In this document: positions 38,827-51,400 of the stretch, one piece after another
Numbering within the stretch: the stretch's first letter is position 1
Layout: every line of letters starts with the position of its first letter
Origin: Cystobasidiomycetes sp. EMM_F5
Taxonomy: Eukaryota
NCBI GenBank assembly: GCA_051047955.1
Contig: JBPGPT010000016.1
Coordinates: 1 to 64,000 of the forward strand
Length of the DNA: 64,000 bases
Direction: 5' to 3'
The notes under the pieces: model-generated
The model's database searches: none
What the model was told of the DNA's origin: nothing
Seen by the model: only the letters and a program-made list of their open reading frames with translations
Program-made: the position numbers and the translations under genes

Positions 38827-41800
38827 ATGGACAGTATGTTGAATCAGCACTCAGCAACTCAGGCGCCAGGTGCAAGCGGGACAGACCCTTCAGCTATAAT
38901 CTCCAGTGAGTTTTCCTGGAAGCCGAATAAGTCAGGCTGTTCTGAGAACGATAAACGAGCAGACAGAATATCAGACAGATCAACTTCGCCGTCCGACATC
39001 GCTCCCTCTATCCCTATCAGCTGCGAGATTCCTTGCTCGCGCACAAATGCTGATACATCAGTATCATTACCTTCTGATAAAACCCGTGTACACGGTCAAA
39101 CGCCACACAGCGAATCACCTTCTCACGCGCACGAGCAGCCGTATTCGACAGAGCCGTCGAAGCTTTCCCAACTTCCTCAAGAGGCTTTGCTTCTGATATT
39201 TACACACCTGTATTGGGATTGCCCTCCGCAAACGCCGCACAACCTCTCCGGACTCCTGAACCTGAGCTTGACCTGCAAAGCTTGGAGATCACTGATATGT
39301 ACACAGCCACGCTTCTGGCGATACTGCAAGCTCAATTTAGTATCTCCATATGTGGTGCAGAAGGTGTCATTGTTTGCGAATCGCTGTGTCTCAAAAGCCG
39401 CTTCGCCATCTTACTGCGAAGATGGCGGTGTACGTTTACAGACCGCCGCGACTGGCCTCCACACTCTTGTGCTGCTATTCAACGTGAACTGGACGGCTGA
39501 ACATCCGTTGCAAACACTCGCTGATACCGTCTTGGCTCAATGGAGAAAGATCGTCAATATAATGTCAGCTCCAGGTGTGATGGACGAGCTTAAAGTGCTG
39601 CAGGTTTTGATATCTGGCCAAACATCCACACTACATATGCTCATGTTGCAGTATATACTTCGACAAGTGTTGCCGGCGGTAGCAGGATCTGCACCTTCGA
39701 GAGGCGGAGTATTTCACAAAGTCAAGGATGTTCGCATCCATTTGCCTAATGTTCGCGGCTTTCCGTTGTCTGGGCGTTTCCTGCAGTGGTTCAGTTCTCC
39801 CTCAATTGAAGCGTTGTCGCTCCGTGCGGCTCAACCCTTCTTTCATCGTTATGCGACGCGACCGGAACCCTTCCATGGAAGACGTCCACCAGATGGTCTA
39901 CCTCCAACAGCATCCCGCGAAACGCGACTACGCTTTCAGGAAGCCTGGCGGAAGTTCCGAATGCAATACAATGCACATCAGCACGATACCAAGGAATTCT
40001 GCAGTCAGCTGGTGCAAGACTCGGTGTGCGACTGGAGCACATTCGATACGCCGCTTCCGGATGTAGACGAAAATTCGTATGGAACCCATTGTGGGGTGCC
40101 GGTGTCTGCAGCTTCCACGCGTACTTTACACTTTCGCAAGCTTCACCTTGCTGGATGCTTCATACATCCTTTACTCAGCCTCCCTCAAGCTGGACTACCG
40201 GACCTACAAGAATTGGTAGTGGACAGGTGCAAGTGGGGACGAGGGCTTCTTTCCTTTCTCGGATCCACACCAGCCTTAGAAACGCTGATCATACACGATA
40301 TGATAAGGGATGAGGATGAGATCCTGGATTTACAAAACATTGTTCCATCTTGTGCTGCTCCGACTCTCATGGTCTCTTCGACAAAGTTTGCCAAGGTTCC
40401 GCTCGAGGCGACTGATATACATAGGCCAAACGGGGCCATTGAGAATTCGTCATGTAGCGAGCCAGCTGGCGTGCTTGATGAGAATCACTATCACTCCGAA
40501 AGTACACATCGCGGACTGGAGACAGCGGTCACAACCATAGACAACGTCTCACCAGTGGCAGAGGCGATAGGGACTCGCCAATCTCGTCAGACCGAACGTA
40601 GCATTGGCAGTCCTAGCTCTGTTGCAATACAGTCGAATGTCAGCCCGACACTGGATACAGATGCCCTTGTGTACGACTTGGGAGAAGACACCATCGACCT
40701 CGACGGACGCTCTGTATCAGCATATCCGGCGGTGACAATATATAGCGCCTCTGCCGTGACTGATGACTCCGCCAGTCATGGAACAGGTCATTCCAGCACG
40801 GACATTGACAGTGGCTCTGAAACACTTAGTGATTTCATAGGCAACGAAGAGCAAGAGCTTGGGGAAACATCAGCAGAATTGAACGAAGATCAAACAAGTG
40901 ACGACATGCTCTTTGAATATCCTGCATATCTAACTATTCCGCCTGACATTGCGGATGCACGGATTGTCACACAACGGTCAACCCGCATCGGTGACCCATC
41001 GCAAACCACTTGCAAATGGAGAATCGATGTTACGAAGCAACCATACGGTGTTCTGACCACGAAGCCAATGATCTCGACTTTCTTTAGCTCGTACGAATGG
41101 AACGAGCTCAATCTGCGAAGGGATGCCTTTTTGGCTATGGTTGAAACCCAAAAAACACACACCACGCGACTGGCGCAACTTCAAAAAGCAGAGTGGTGCC
41201 GTATACCCGACGTGGTGTCTCTGCTTCAATTGCATACTCTAGTCATCTCGGGCCAAACGCCACCATTATGGACAAGCGTAGACGATTCTGGCATGCGTAC
41301 GTACGAGATGAATTCGTCAAGGAAGAAGCCCTGTCCTCTTTTGATCGCACCGTATCTCCAGACGGCTTGCGTGTCGGATTCAGCTTATCTGGACGATCAG
41401 ATAACGCCACCGTGCACTTCGGCTGTTCTGGAAGTGTCAGCTGAATACTACCGCGAGCTTGCCGCGTGCTGCAGCAACGGCGCTGTTACTGAACGTCTCA
41501 AGATAGTGCTGAAGGATGACGAATGGGATGAAGAATTCATACAGGATGTGATGTCGCGGGCGGGGCCCAACCCTTTCGAGCCAAACGACGAGGATTTGCT
41601 TGTGGAGATGCGGGAAGTATATAATCAGCATTACAAGGGGAACATGAAGGAGCTCCAACAGTATCGGAGATGGCGGCGCGCAGAATTTGGATGGGTACGC
41701 CCGAAATCGCAACTCCTCACACCGAAATTTTGGAACTACGTCAATGCTAACTTCATTAGCACGCCACCACTGCCCTGTGCATTTGCTGCTCTAGGGTGCG

Positions 41801-42261
41801 AATCGCGGCAAATCACCTACTTGAATCTCAGCAAAAGCTCTGTTGGAAACGAAACCTTCCGGGATGGCATACGGTACTTTGTACACCTCAAGATCCTCGT
41901 TCTATTTTCAACTCCCGACTTGACCGACGAATGTCTGTGTGACCTGCCAACAACATGCCCCAGGTTACAAGAGCTTGACATCTCGGGCAAAACGGGCCTG
42001 ACGGCGCATGGGGTAGCGCCACTGATACATCGATACCGTAACTCGAGTGCAGACAATCGAGGACTCACACGGATCCGCGTCAATGACCCTGCACTCTTCG
42101 TCAGATGTGATGCACGATGGCGCTACGAATTTTGTGCGTATCAGTATTTGGAGTGGCTGTCCCTGTTAGTTGATGCGGACAGAGAAGCATGGGATAAGGC
42201 TCGGTCAACTGGCGGTGCCTTTTCGACTAAGCACATGAAACGGAGAATGTTTGACAATTGA
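38827..42261 (+). CDS. F-box protein with LRR-like C-terminal repeats (intronless, 1144 aa)
   Basis: F-box LSQLPQEALLLIFTHL..LNLSLTCKAWRSLI..FW; LRR-like ITYLNLSKS, LKILVLFST, CPRLQELDISG. Confidence 0.8.
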   Translation: MDSMLNQHSATQAPGASGTDPSAIISSEFSWKPNKSGCSENDKRADRISDRSTSPSDIAPSIPISCEIPCSRTNADTSVSLPSDKTRVHGQTPHSESPSHAHEQPYSTEPSKLSQLPQEALLLIFTHLYWDCPPQTPHNLSGLLNLSLTCKAWRSLICTQPRFWRYCKLNLVSPYVVQKVSLFANRCVSKAASPSYCEDGGVRLQTAATGLHTLVLLFNVNWTAEHPLQTLADTVLAQWRKIVNIMSAPGVMDELKVLQVLISGQTSTLHMLMLQYILRQVLPAVAGSAPSRGGVFHKVKDVRIHLPNVRGFPLSGRFLQWFSSPSIEALSLRAAQPFFHRYATRPEPFHGRRPPDGLPPTASRETRLRFQEAWRKFRMQYNAHQHDTKEFCSQLVQDSVCDWSTFDTPLPDVDENSYGTHCGVPVSAASTRTLHFRKLHLAGCFIHPLLSLPQAGLPDLQELVVDRCKWGRGLLSFLGSTPALETLIIHDMIRDEDEILDLQNIVPSCAAPTLMVSSTKFAKVPLEATDIHRPNGAIENSSCSEPAGVLDENHYHSESTHRGLETAVTTIDNVSPVAEAIGTRQSRQTERSIGSPSSVAIQSNVSPTLDTDALVYDLGEDTIDLDGRSVSAYPAVTIYSASAVTDDSASHGTGHSSTDIDSGSETLSDFIGNEEQELGETSAELNEDQTSDDMLFEYPAYLTIPPDIADARIVTQRSTRIGDPSQTTCKWRIDVTKQPYGVLTTKPMISTFFSSYEWNELNLRRDAFLAMVETQKTHTTRLAQLQKAEWCRIPDVVSLLQLHTLVISGQTPPLWTSVDDSGMRTYEMNSSRKKPCPLLIAPYLQTACVSDSAYLDDQITPPCTSAVLEVSAEYYRELAACCSNGAVTERLKIVLKDDEWDEEFIQDVMSRAGPNPFEPNDEDLLVEMREVYNQHYKGNMKELQQYRRWRRAEFGWVRPKSQLLTPKFWNYVNANFISTPPLPCAFAALGCESRQITYLNLSKSSVGNETFRDGIRYFVHLKILVLFSTPDLTDECLCDLPTTCPRLQELDISGKTGLTAHGVAPLIHRYRNSSADNRGLTRIRVNDPALFVRCDARWRYEFCAYQYLEWLSLLVDADREAWDKARSTGGAFSTKHMKRRMFDN

Positions 42262-42460
42262 TGACATTCGAACGTGTTATCCTGAATCAGCCATGTTTTG
42301 TGCAGCATAGTGGACTGGTGTCAGTAATGGTGTCAGTAACGCAAGTAGCAAGCGCTATCCAGTCCAGCTTTTTGCTGGCACATAGTTTACCACTCAACAC
42401 ACAACATATTCATGAAATTGCCGGCTATACTTGATTGAGCTATGCTACAGAAAGAAATGC

Positions 42461-45400
42461 TTAAATGTTAGGCTGTACAGGGTGTGGTCCCGCGGTCCGA
42501 CGAGGTGAACTCTTTGACGTAGTTGTCATAATTGCTGAAGGCGATCCGGTGGCTCCTGTTTGTTTGGTCTTGGCAACGAACCCCAGCTTGTTCAGAACAG
42601 ATAGTACGTCGGCTTTGTTGACAGGCTTGGACAGCACTGCGCTGAAAACTGTGCCTTCGCCCGTCATCTGAGGTTTGTCGCGCGCCGTGTACGAAGTTAC
42701 TGCCACGATTGGCGTGTTTTGGTTGACGTTATTAGTAGACTTTATCATTCTAGCTGCATTCTCTCCGTCGACTAAAAAAAGAAGCCGCCTCAGTCGCTTT
42801 GCTAGCAGCGCGGATGTAAATAGACCCACGAATAGGCATTAGCATGTCCATGAATATAACGTCGAACGCGACGTCTCCCATCGAGCAGCGGATTGCCTCT
42901 TCTCCATTGGCAACGACCACACACAGACAGCCGAGTCTGTGCAGAATCGTTTCTAGTATCTTGGAGGAGATAGGGTCTGCCGCAGGCATAAGCCTCAGAG
43001 TATGACCAAGACATTATCGTACTCACTATCTTCAGCAATGAGACAATCAACTGTCTTCTCCCAGGGCGCTTGTCCAAACTGCGGGGAAGTTTTCGTACTA
43101 GGACTCGCGGTCGGATTTGCTGCGGGAGGAAGTGAGGCTGGAAATGAAACCGGCGACGATAAAGAAGATGCCGGAGTATGGTCTATAATGCCGATAGCTC
43201 GTTGCCGGCCTTCACGAGTCATCTTGTCGTCATCAACGAAGTCGCTCGCACTACGATGGCGGGGGGTCTGGGAGGATAGGGAAGTGCGCCGCGAGACAAG
43301 GTCTTCAGACATGGCAAGAGGTAAGATGGGCTTGAATTTGCTAGCCGTCATATTTTGCTCAGACGGCCTTCGCGAATGTGAGACTTGCTGCCCGGATGAT
43401 TGATGATTTGTACCAAAGACGACAGAAGACGTGGCGGAAGTCGACGGGGACGGTGGTGCTCCCTTTGCGAACAAGGTTCAGCTGTGTTGAGAAGCGAAGG
43501 ATGCCGAAGCTTACCTTGTCTGCATCAGTACTCAGAGCACTTCCCATCGACACGCTGCCGCGGGAACCGGTAGAAGAGGCGACGGTAGATGCAATAGGTT
43601 CTGAAGGAATGATGTGCTCGTTTCGCAGCTTCTTCACAATATCGTCGTTCGCTTGCTTCAAAACGTCTAGATTCTTGAAATTGAATGTGCCAAAATCGTC
43701 TCCGGCGGACCTCTCACTGTGCCGTCCTGGACGTGAATGATCTTCTGATGCAGCGAGTACTAAATTGTCATTTCTTGCTACAGATCCGGCAACGGGGTCG
43801 ACCGCATCAGAATCATCTTGAAACACGTGGTCGATGGCTCCTCGCGAGTCGAAATAATCGGTGGATTCCGGGTCGGTGGTCATTGGCACAAAGTTTGCTT
43901 CTGCATCCCGTAGCCGAACCCAGTCAATGTCCTTGAGCCAAGGATGGCGCTTCACCTCGTCGGCACCATTAGCACCCAATCTCCTACTGGCATCGAAACA
44001 GAGCAGGGACTCTATAAAATCACGAGCTTCATCAGACATCTCTATCTCGTCTTCGTGCCAGTCGATGCGTCTGGACAGAATATTGTCGAAGATCTCATCG
44101 GGAGTCGCGGCATGAAACGGTGGAAAAGCGGTCAAGAACCTGCATTTCGGCCGAGTCAGTTTTACCAGATGATCGCAACGACAGCTCTTACTCGTGGCAG
44201 ATAACTCCTACTGCCCACCAGTCGACAGCTTCTCCTACCCCTATACCAAGAATACTTTCGGGCGCAACATACTGCTCGAGATGTATTATCTCAGTCTACG
44301 ATGCTCAGGAAAATTTGTAGGAGCGCAAGTCACGTACATCTACTGTGCCAACAACCCGATGTGAGTCAGAGTTGTGCTTCAATGGCGAGTCCGCAGCCTT
44401 CGAGAGATGTTGTCCCGAGGAGGTTAGAGACATTGAGGGTGAGTCGCCGCGTGAGCGAACTCGGCGGACATCCTTAGAAATGCTCTCAGAACCACTCGAT
44501 TCACTGTGAGCATCACCCTCCTCAAACACGCTACCAAAGTACGAAGGTCGGGTCTGCGAATCTGGTGTAGATAGTCCAGATGGCGGTGCGGAACCACCTT
44601 GAGAGACGTTGCGTGAGATTGTGGGCTTCACTCGTTTTGATGGATTCCGACTAGCGGGCTGATTAATCGCTCTGGCTTGCCGGCCTAAAAGACCAAATCT
44701 AGAAAGCCCAAAATCCGTCACTGTAATATGGAATCAGCATGGTATATCGATTCCGTAAGCATGTATTGACCTACAACGGAGATGACCTCGGCTGTCAATA
44801 AGCAGATTATCAGGCTTGAGGTCTCGATGAATGATGCCTCGGGAATGCAGGTACTCCAGACCCAGAATGATCTCGGCGATGTACGACTTCGCCCACTGCT
44901 CGTCTAGACAACCCATCACCTTGATCAAAGCTGCACAGTCGCCACCGTTGAGGTACTCCATAACAAGATACTGCAGAATAGTCAGAAGTTTCCGTAGGCT
45001 TGACCGCAACGTGCCGACTTACCAGATAATCTTTGCTTTGAAACGTCCAGTACAATTTGACGGCAAAATCGGAATCTGCTTGGGTCATCATTATCTTGCG
45101 TTCGGCCTTGACATTTGTGACCTGGTTCTTGGCGATCATGTCGGCTTTCTTCAAGACTTTAATGGCGTAATAGTCGCCAGTCGTACGCTTCTTAGCCAGA
45201 TAAACTGACCCAAAAGCGCCTTTACTGATCGGCTTGATAATATCGAAATCCTTGATACTTGATGCTTTCGTCGATCGAGCATGAGTCGGTGCGGCCGCCA
45301 CTTTGGGCGAGAGCGGCGTTATCAATGGCGAATTGCCATGATCAATGGCAGCTGAGGTAGAAGTAGACTTGTGAGTGGTTGGATACTGCGCCGAGGAAGA

Positions 45401-48400
45401 CAGATTCAGTATTTCCGATGCGACCGGCTCGCGTCTCAATTCCCTGCTGCTGTCGGTCTCAGAAGGGAGCACGCTAGTCACGCCAGACGGGGAGAACTTT
45501 TCAACAATGTGCGGAACAGGAGTCTCGGTGAAGGAGGCGTCGATCAACGGGAGCGCTTCCGTGCTCACAGTGTTAGGCCCAAGCGAAAGGGATGGTGTTC
45601 TCGTGGCAACGTTGTCGACTTTACCGGCTTGTGCGGAGTCCTGCATAGTTTTAGCTTGTCGTTCCCACTCCTGCCGAATGCGCTCAACGTAGAAGATTGT
45701 GTTTCTAAGCCGATTTACGATGGTGACTTTCTGTCGGCCCAAGTGAGTCATGTCCGCTGCCAGTTTACGCAGGGCAGGGTCTTCCGAAGTCGGTGCATGC
45801 CATTTGTGTAGCGCAATGATGCGATCTTCCGAATCTGGCGAGAGCAGCCGTTGCTCCTCTATAGCCGTGTCGTCATCAGTGACCGAAGGCGTCGATATAC
45901 CGAGAGCAATGCTGAAGACGCTCAGTAGATCTTGCAAGAAAGTGATCTGCCCTGGCCTGAAGCGAGAGGGGAGTAGCGGGACACCCTCATACTCCATACC
46001 CGAGGTGATGTTAATCGCAGAGTCGACTTGCGTCTGCAGAGCTTCAAGGATGGACATCGCAGATGAACGTAGTTCTGCAAGTCTATCGTTCAGATCGCCT
46101 ATATCGATTTCCAATCGATGAGTTTCATTGCATGTTTCGTTGTGCTTTTCGAAAAACCAGGCTGGCACTGTCTTGTCGCAAATGCGGCACAGAATAGGGA
46201 CTACTGCCCGCGGCTCGTCCATAGGTATAGGACCAACAGCATCGCTGAAAGCGCGAAGATGACTTGCAGTGCCCGGTCTACCAATGGTAGCTTGGCCGTC
46301 ATCGCTGGTGGCAGAATCCGCACCAGGAGTGACCACCCACATTGTGTGGGAAGGTTCTCCTGTAATACGATCCCTGATCAGCATACCCTTACCCTCCATG
46401 TTCTCGAATTGGGCATTGGCGATATCCTCTATGTCTTCATCTTTGGCAAAGACGCGGAGCTTAAACTTAGCCTCCACTGTATGAGAGTCGTCCTCCAACA
46501 TGTGAGCGTTTGCTAGTGAGAAGACATCGGCATCATCTGGATGAAGCAGGTGCGAGATTGGTTGTCCGATGCAGACACTAGCTTCCAGCCTGTGTCTGTA
46601 TAGTCAGCAAATATGGCGCGCGTGCAATGCCTTTGACGTACCCAACTACGTCTTTCCATACTCCACTGATATACTGGAATGACTCGCCATCTAAACTCAT
46701 CTCCAGCATGATAGTAACGCTCCGCACTTCCGCGACAGCTTCGTTGAGGACTTCAGTATCCGTCTGTTGTGGCTTCACTTTGATCACTTTGACGGGGTCT
46801 TTCGTGGCTCTCGGGACATCGCCATCACTCCCACTTTCAAATCCGCCGACGCCCTCGTTGGGCATACGGAGTCCTAAGTCTCCGGTATTGGCAGAACGCA
46901 ACGGATCGTTGACTGCAGCAGTGGAAGGAACAGCGATGCCGCCGACAGTGGATGCGGCTCGAGGCCGTCGGGGTGGATCGTCAGGCGTTCCTGCATGACC
47001 TGTCTTTGAGATGAACATAATCGGCTGGACATCTTGCGCTTGGTCATCTGGCCAAAATTCCCGCTCAGCAGACCAAAACTCCAACACGCGACTGACGCCA
47101 GCTACAGCCAGTAAGGTTTGGATGTACCAGCCACGAAGAGGCCAATTACTATGAGCGTCCCACCTCTTACCGGTCTCTTGAATCTTCTTGATTGTGTGTG
47201 TACATGTCGAAGGATCTGCCAGCATATCCATATCAGAAGTATCGACGATTACCAGTGCCAGAGCCACAAGAGTCTGCAGAGTATTGAGGAAATATTCTCG
47301 CTCATCATTCTGCGGTTCGCTACGTCTATGATACCACTCAGCCGATGCTGCGCGCGTTGCTGAACTACGACTTGCGCCTGGCATTGGCGAACGAGACCTC
47401 GACGTAGATCTAGACGTCGTTTGTGATGTTGTTAGACCTTCATCCCGTCCCAACGCAAGGCTTTGTTCCAGTCGCATGGCCAAATCAGCAGGCTTAACTG
47501 CCATACCGCCCACAGAGCGTCTTCCAGCAAAGATTCTCCTCGGCGAGCTGGTTCCGCTAGTGCGGCCACGGGCAGCAGCCGAAGGATAGCGAGGTTGCTG
47601 TGGATAGCTGCTGGGGCTTTGAACATTGGATCCAGATCCTGAAGCGGATCCTGGTCCAGATAGGCTACTATCCGTATCCTTTCGCAGTAAAGGTAGGCGA
47701 ACTTTACCCTGCCATCTATGGTCTGACTCGTCTCCGCCCTCGTTGCCTGCGTCGCTATCGTAATTGTCTATAGGAGCGTTATGCAACTTCTCATCGTGCG
47801 TAGTCTCACAATCGGTTTCCTCCTCTTGGCGACTGTCCGTGCTTGCGAGGCCCCTTTCGACACCCAACTCGTTCTCAACGTAACTGCTAATGCCATCAAT
47901 TATCCTGCGCAGCTCTTTGTCGCATGTGCGCTTGGCTGAGGTCATTTGCCGACGAACATTTTCGCGAACTCTTAGCTTCGCTGTCGTCGCCGGCTCCTTC
48001 GGTGCTGGTGTAGTCAAGATTGGTGCCGCAGCAAGTTTGGAGCCTGATCGTGACATCTTGAAAGCTTGATTTGGAGTCAGAGGAACCAGTCCAGGTGTTT
48101 TATCCCATATTGGAACCTGACCGGGAATAAAATGTGGCGTCCTTTCGTGGACTGCAGCTGGAAGCGCCGGAACTGGCGGTCGGGGCTCCTTAAAGATGGC
48201 TGGGCTATCCTGCGACAGTGGACCAGAAGCCGAAGATTGGGTTCGAGAGGACGATCCATTTGATAACATCATGCTTGGCCTGTCCGTCAGCCTGTGTACT
48301 GATCCTGCCGGCTGGAAGCGTGGGTCAAGCCGCAAAGACAGTTGGGGATTGCGTCGGCGGAAATCGCCGCTGCTACGAGCATTGCTGCCTGCACCACTGC

Positions 48401-51400
48401 TTTCTTCGGACCCAGCAGACGAAAGGCGAACGTGCGGACCTGACACAGGCACACTTCCTGATGAACGCCACTTCCCGGCAGGTGCAAGAGCCCCGCTAGG
48501 GGGAGATGCTGCTTTAGCCTCTCCCGAATTGAGTTCTGTAGCGGAACGCGCGTGACGAAGTACAGGCGGAGGTGCTAATAGCAAGGCAGGCGATCCCTGA
48601 GATATCGATTGTTTCGATCTTGAGTCCCCTACCAATTGCAGATTATCAGCTCTGCTGGGCATATGCAACGGATTGATGCTCGGAGGCTGATCGGAGTGAC
48701 TCCTGCGAACTTCCGGTTTATCGGGTAATTTGGCTGTTCTCGACTGAGTCGCAGCGGAGAAGCTAGTGGTAACGGTCGACCACCATGCGTCGATTTTCGA
48801 ACCCAGTGTGAGGTTGCGCTTCTTCTTATTCTCCGTTGTTGCGACAGGTGGCATTCCGAATGCAGGCTGCTTACGGCTAGCGTCGTCGATCTGCTAGCGC
48901 TGAACACGTTAGCGTAGCAATGCTGAATCCTGGGGTTGGAACAGTCTCACCTTGCTTGCAGTACCAGCTGCGACTGGTGGTGAACTTGCACTCATAGCGA
49001 TATCAGAAACACGTAAATTCGGGTCCATTTGTATCGTGCTAAAGCACGGTTCTGAATGGGATGCGCTTTCCAATTTATCTACCGTAGAAACGTCTTCGAT
49101 GCAATCGTCCAGTAGATCATGCTCTGCCTTAAGCTTGGCTTCTTTGAGCCGTTTATACTCATCCAGCCAGTCTACCCATTCTATGTCTCTGCCTCCTGTC
49201 CCAGGTCGAATGCCGATGTCGCCTCCCGAAGTCTCCAAGTATTGCGTTGGAGGCTGGAATGTGGTTTCGTCTAACACCGATGCGGCCCCTCTGGTACCTC
49301 TACTTGGGGACCCAATATCTATGATCGAGCCTGAGATTGTGGTCGTTCCAGCAGCAGATTCAATCGATGCGTTAGCCCACCGCTGCAACTTGGAAGCGCG
49401 GGATTCCTGCAAATGGCGAGCGTAGTCGTCCGTGGATGCACTAGCAGCGGAAACAGATTCTGCTGGAAGCATAGATGTACGAAACATTTTTTTCCTTTCA
49501 CGTGTCGGCGAGCTTTCCACGATCCCGAGAGCGGCATCTTTACTCTTCTCTGACGGACTGTTGCGGTCAGCTCGGATAGCCTCCGGGCCCAAGGTCAAGC
49601 GTCGCCTGCCAAGATCCTCCCGGGTTGGCAACGATTCGATCGGCGGTTCGTGACTGAACATTGGCTCCACCGATGTTTCCGGAACATCCGAGAGTTGATC
49701 CCATGTTTCATTGCGGCTGCGGGGCGAGGCCCTCTGAGCAGGTGGTGATCCTCGCGATCGTGATCGGGCTCGTCTGATATTCGTAGATTGAGTGCGCTGC
49801 GAGGAGGCAGGTAGCGAGAATGGGAAAAGGACGGGCCCATCGGTATTGACTTCTGCACCCAAAGAGTGCAATGCCAAGCCTCGAGGCTGGTCCATTGGGC
49901 TCGTATTTGCAGAAAGAAACGGACTCGATAACATATTCCGTGTACCCCCAGTTTGTTGATTCAGTAAGTCGCTCGAAACATCCAAGGGGACGTTCGGTAC
50001 CTCTACCTCATGTTGCGCTCGACGAATCGAGCCAACCTCGTCATCCGAACGAACTGTTTCGCCGCGCAATGTTTCAGCTACAGGAGAATCCGCTGAGTTA
50101 CTGGAAGAGCTGCTACCAATTTCGAAACCGCTAGCAAGCCGGCGGGAAGGCGAGGTGGTTGAAATTGTTGCACTTGCTTTGGGAGACAGAGCTGCCGCAT
50201 CAATGCTGATACGGCGTCGCTGATCCGTGGGTGCCGGTACAGGATGCAGGTCCTGCGCAAGTCGGACCGAAGTAGGTACTCGCTGCAACTTGATACCACC
50301 GGCATCGGACGCTTTCACCGACATCGACAGTGGAGGAGAGCCAACGCTGCTGTGCATTGCTACCGGAGAAAGTACAGCAGCTGGCCCAATCGCTATGTTG
50401 GTAGCAAGGGGAGCGTTCGACGTCGACGGAGATGAAAACGTGGACGCAGACGGCAGCAGCGGTGGAGCAGAAGGAAAGCCCTTGCTGCTGGCGGGCGATG
50501 AGGAATATGTGGAGCTAGACAGACTATCCGAGCGTCCGTGAGAACCACGTAAAAAGTTGCTCGACGCACTGATAGATACGGATAGCCGGTGACCTTTATT
50601 GCTTGGAGCTTCCAGCCCGGGTGAGCTGGAGGATATTGAAACAGGACTCGCTTGCGGCGGAGAAGACAAGTTGGCCATACCAACCGTAGGGTCGGGTAAG
50701 TCTGAACGGGTAGCTTCGGGGCTGACATGGGCGCTACCAGCTCTGCCAGTCAGAGAAGGGAAATGATAAGCGATCTGCGAACTAGCCGGAGATGGACGCG
50801 ACGATGAGCCAAACTTTCCGCTCGATGCACGTGATACGGATGTAGCAGGCGAATCACGAGGGTAAGAGTAGGTTGAGCCGTCGCGTGTCGAATCTTCTGA
50901 AGATTCCCGGCTGAAGCCTGGGGCGCGCTCATCTCCGATATGCTGATTGTAACTCGAGGTACGGATAATGCGAGAAGGCTTCACTGTTCCCAATGAGACA
51001 TCATTCTTGTCAAAAGAAGCAGTGGTCGGAGTGCTTCCCCTGGACGTGGCAAGTAGACTTCCCTCGCGCGACTGGAAGTCCTGACCTGTCGTGCCTCCTC
51101 GGCCCGATCCCAGCGCACCAGCGCTACTATTGCTACTATTACTGTTCTGCCTTGACGGTCCTGCCATAGGAAGTGAAACAGCCGTGTTTGTTGAAGCTAT
51201 CTGCCCCGGAGCCTGCGGCGTTGTCACGCTAATGCGCCTTCTAGACGAAGATGGCTTGTATTGCGACATACTCGAGCTACGCCTGATACCAGCAGAAGCT
51301 GACAAGGTTGAAGTATCTGCTAATAGGTGATCATTAAGCCGACGTTAGTTGCCGTGTCAGATGGGACTCACCGATAGTCCTTAGACGTTTGGTTGAATCA

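Noticed and set aside
42317..42340. Direct repeat TGGTGTCAGTAA x2
   Set aside because: Two adjacent copies in a 3' intergenic region; simple slippage, no element or array structure
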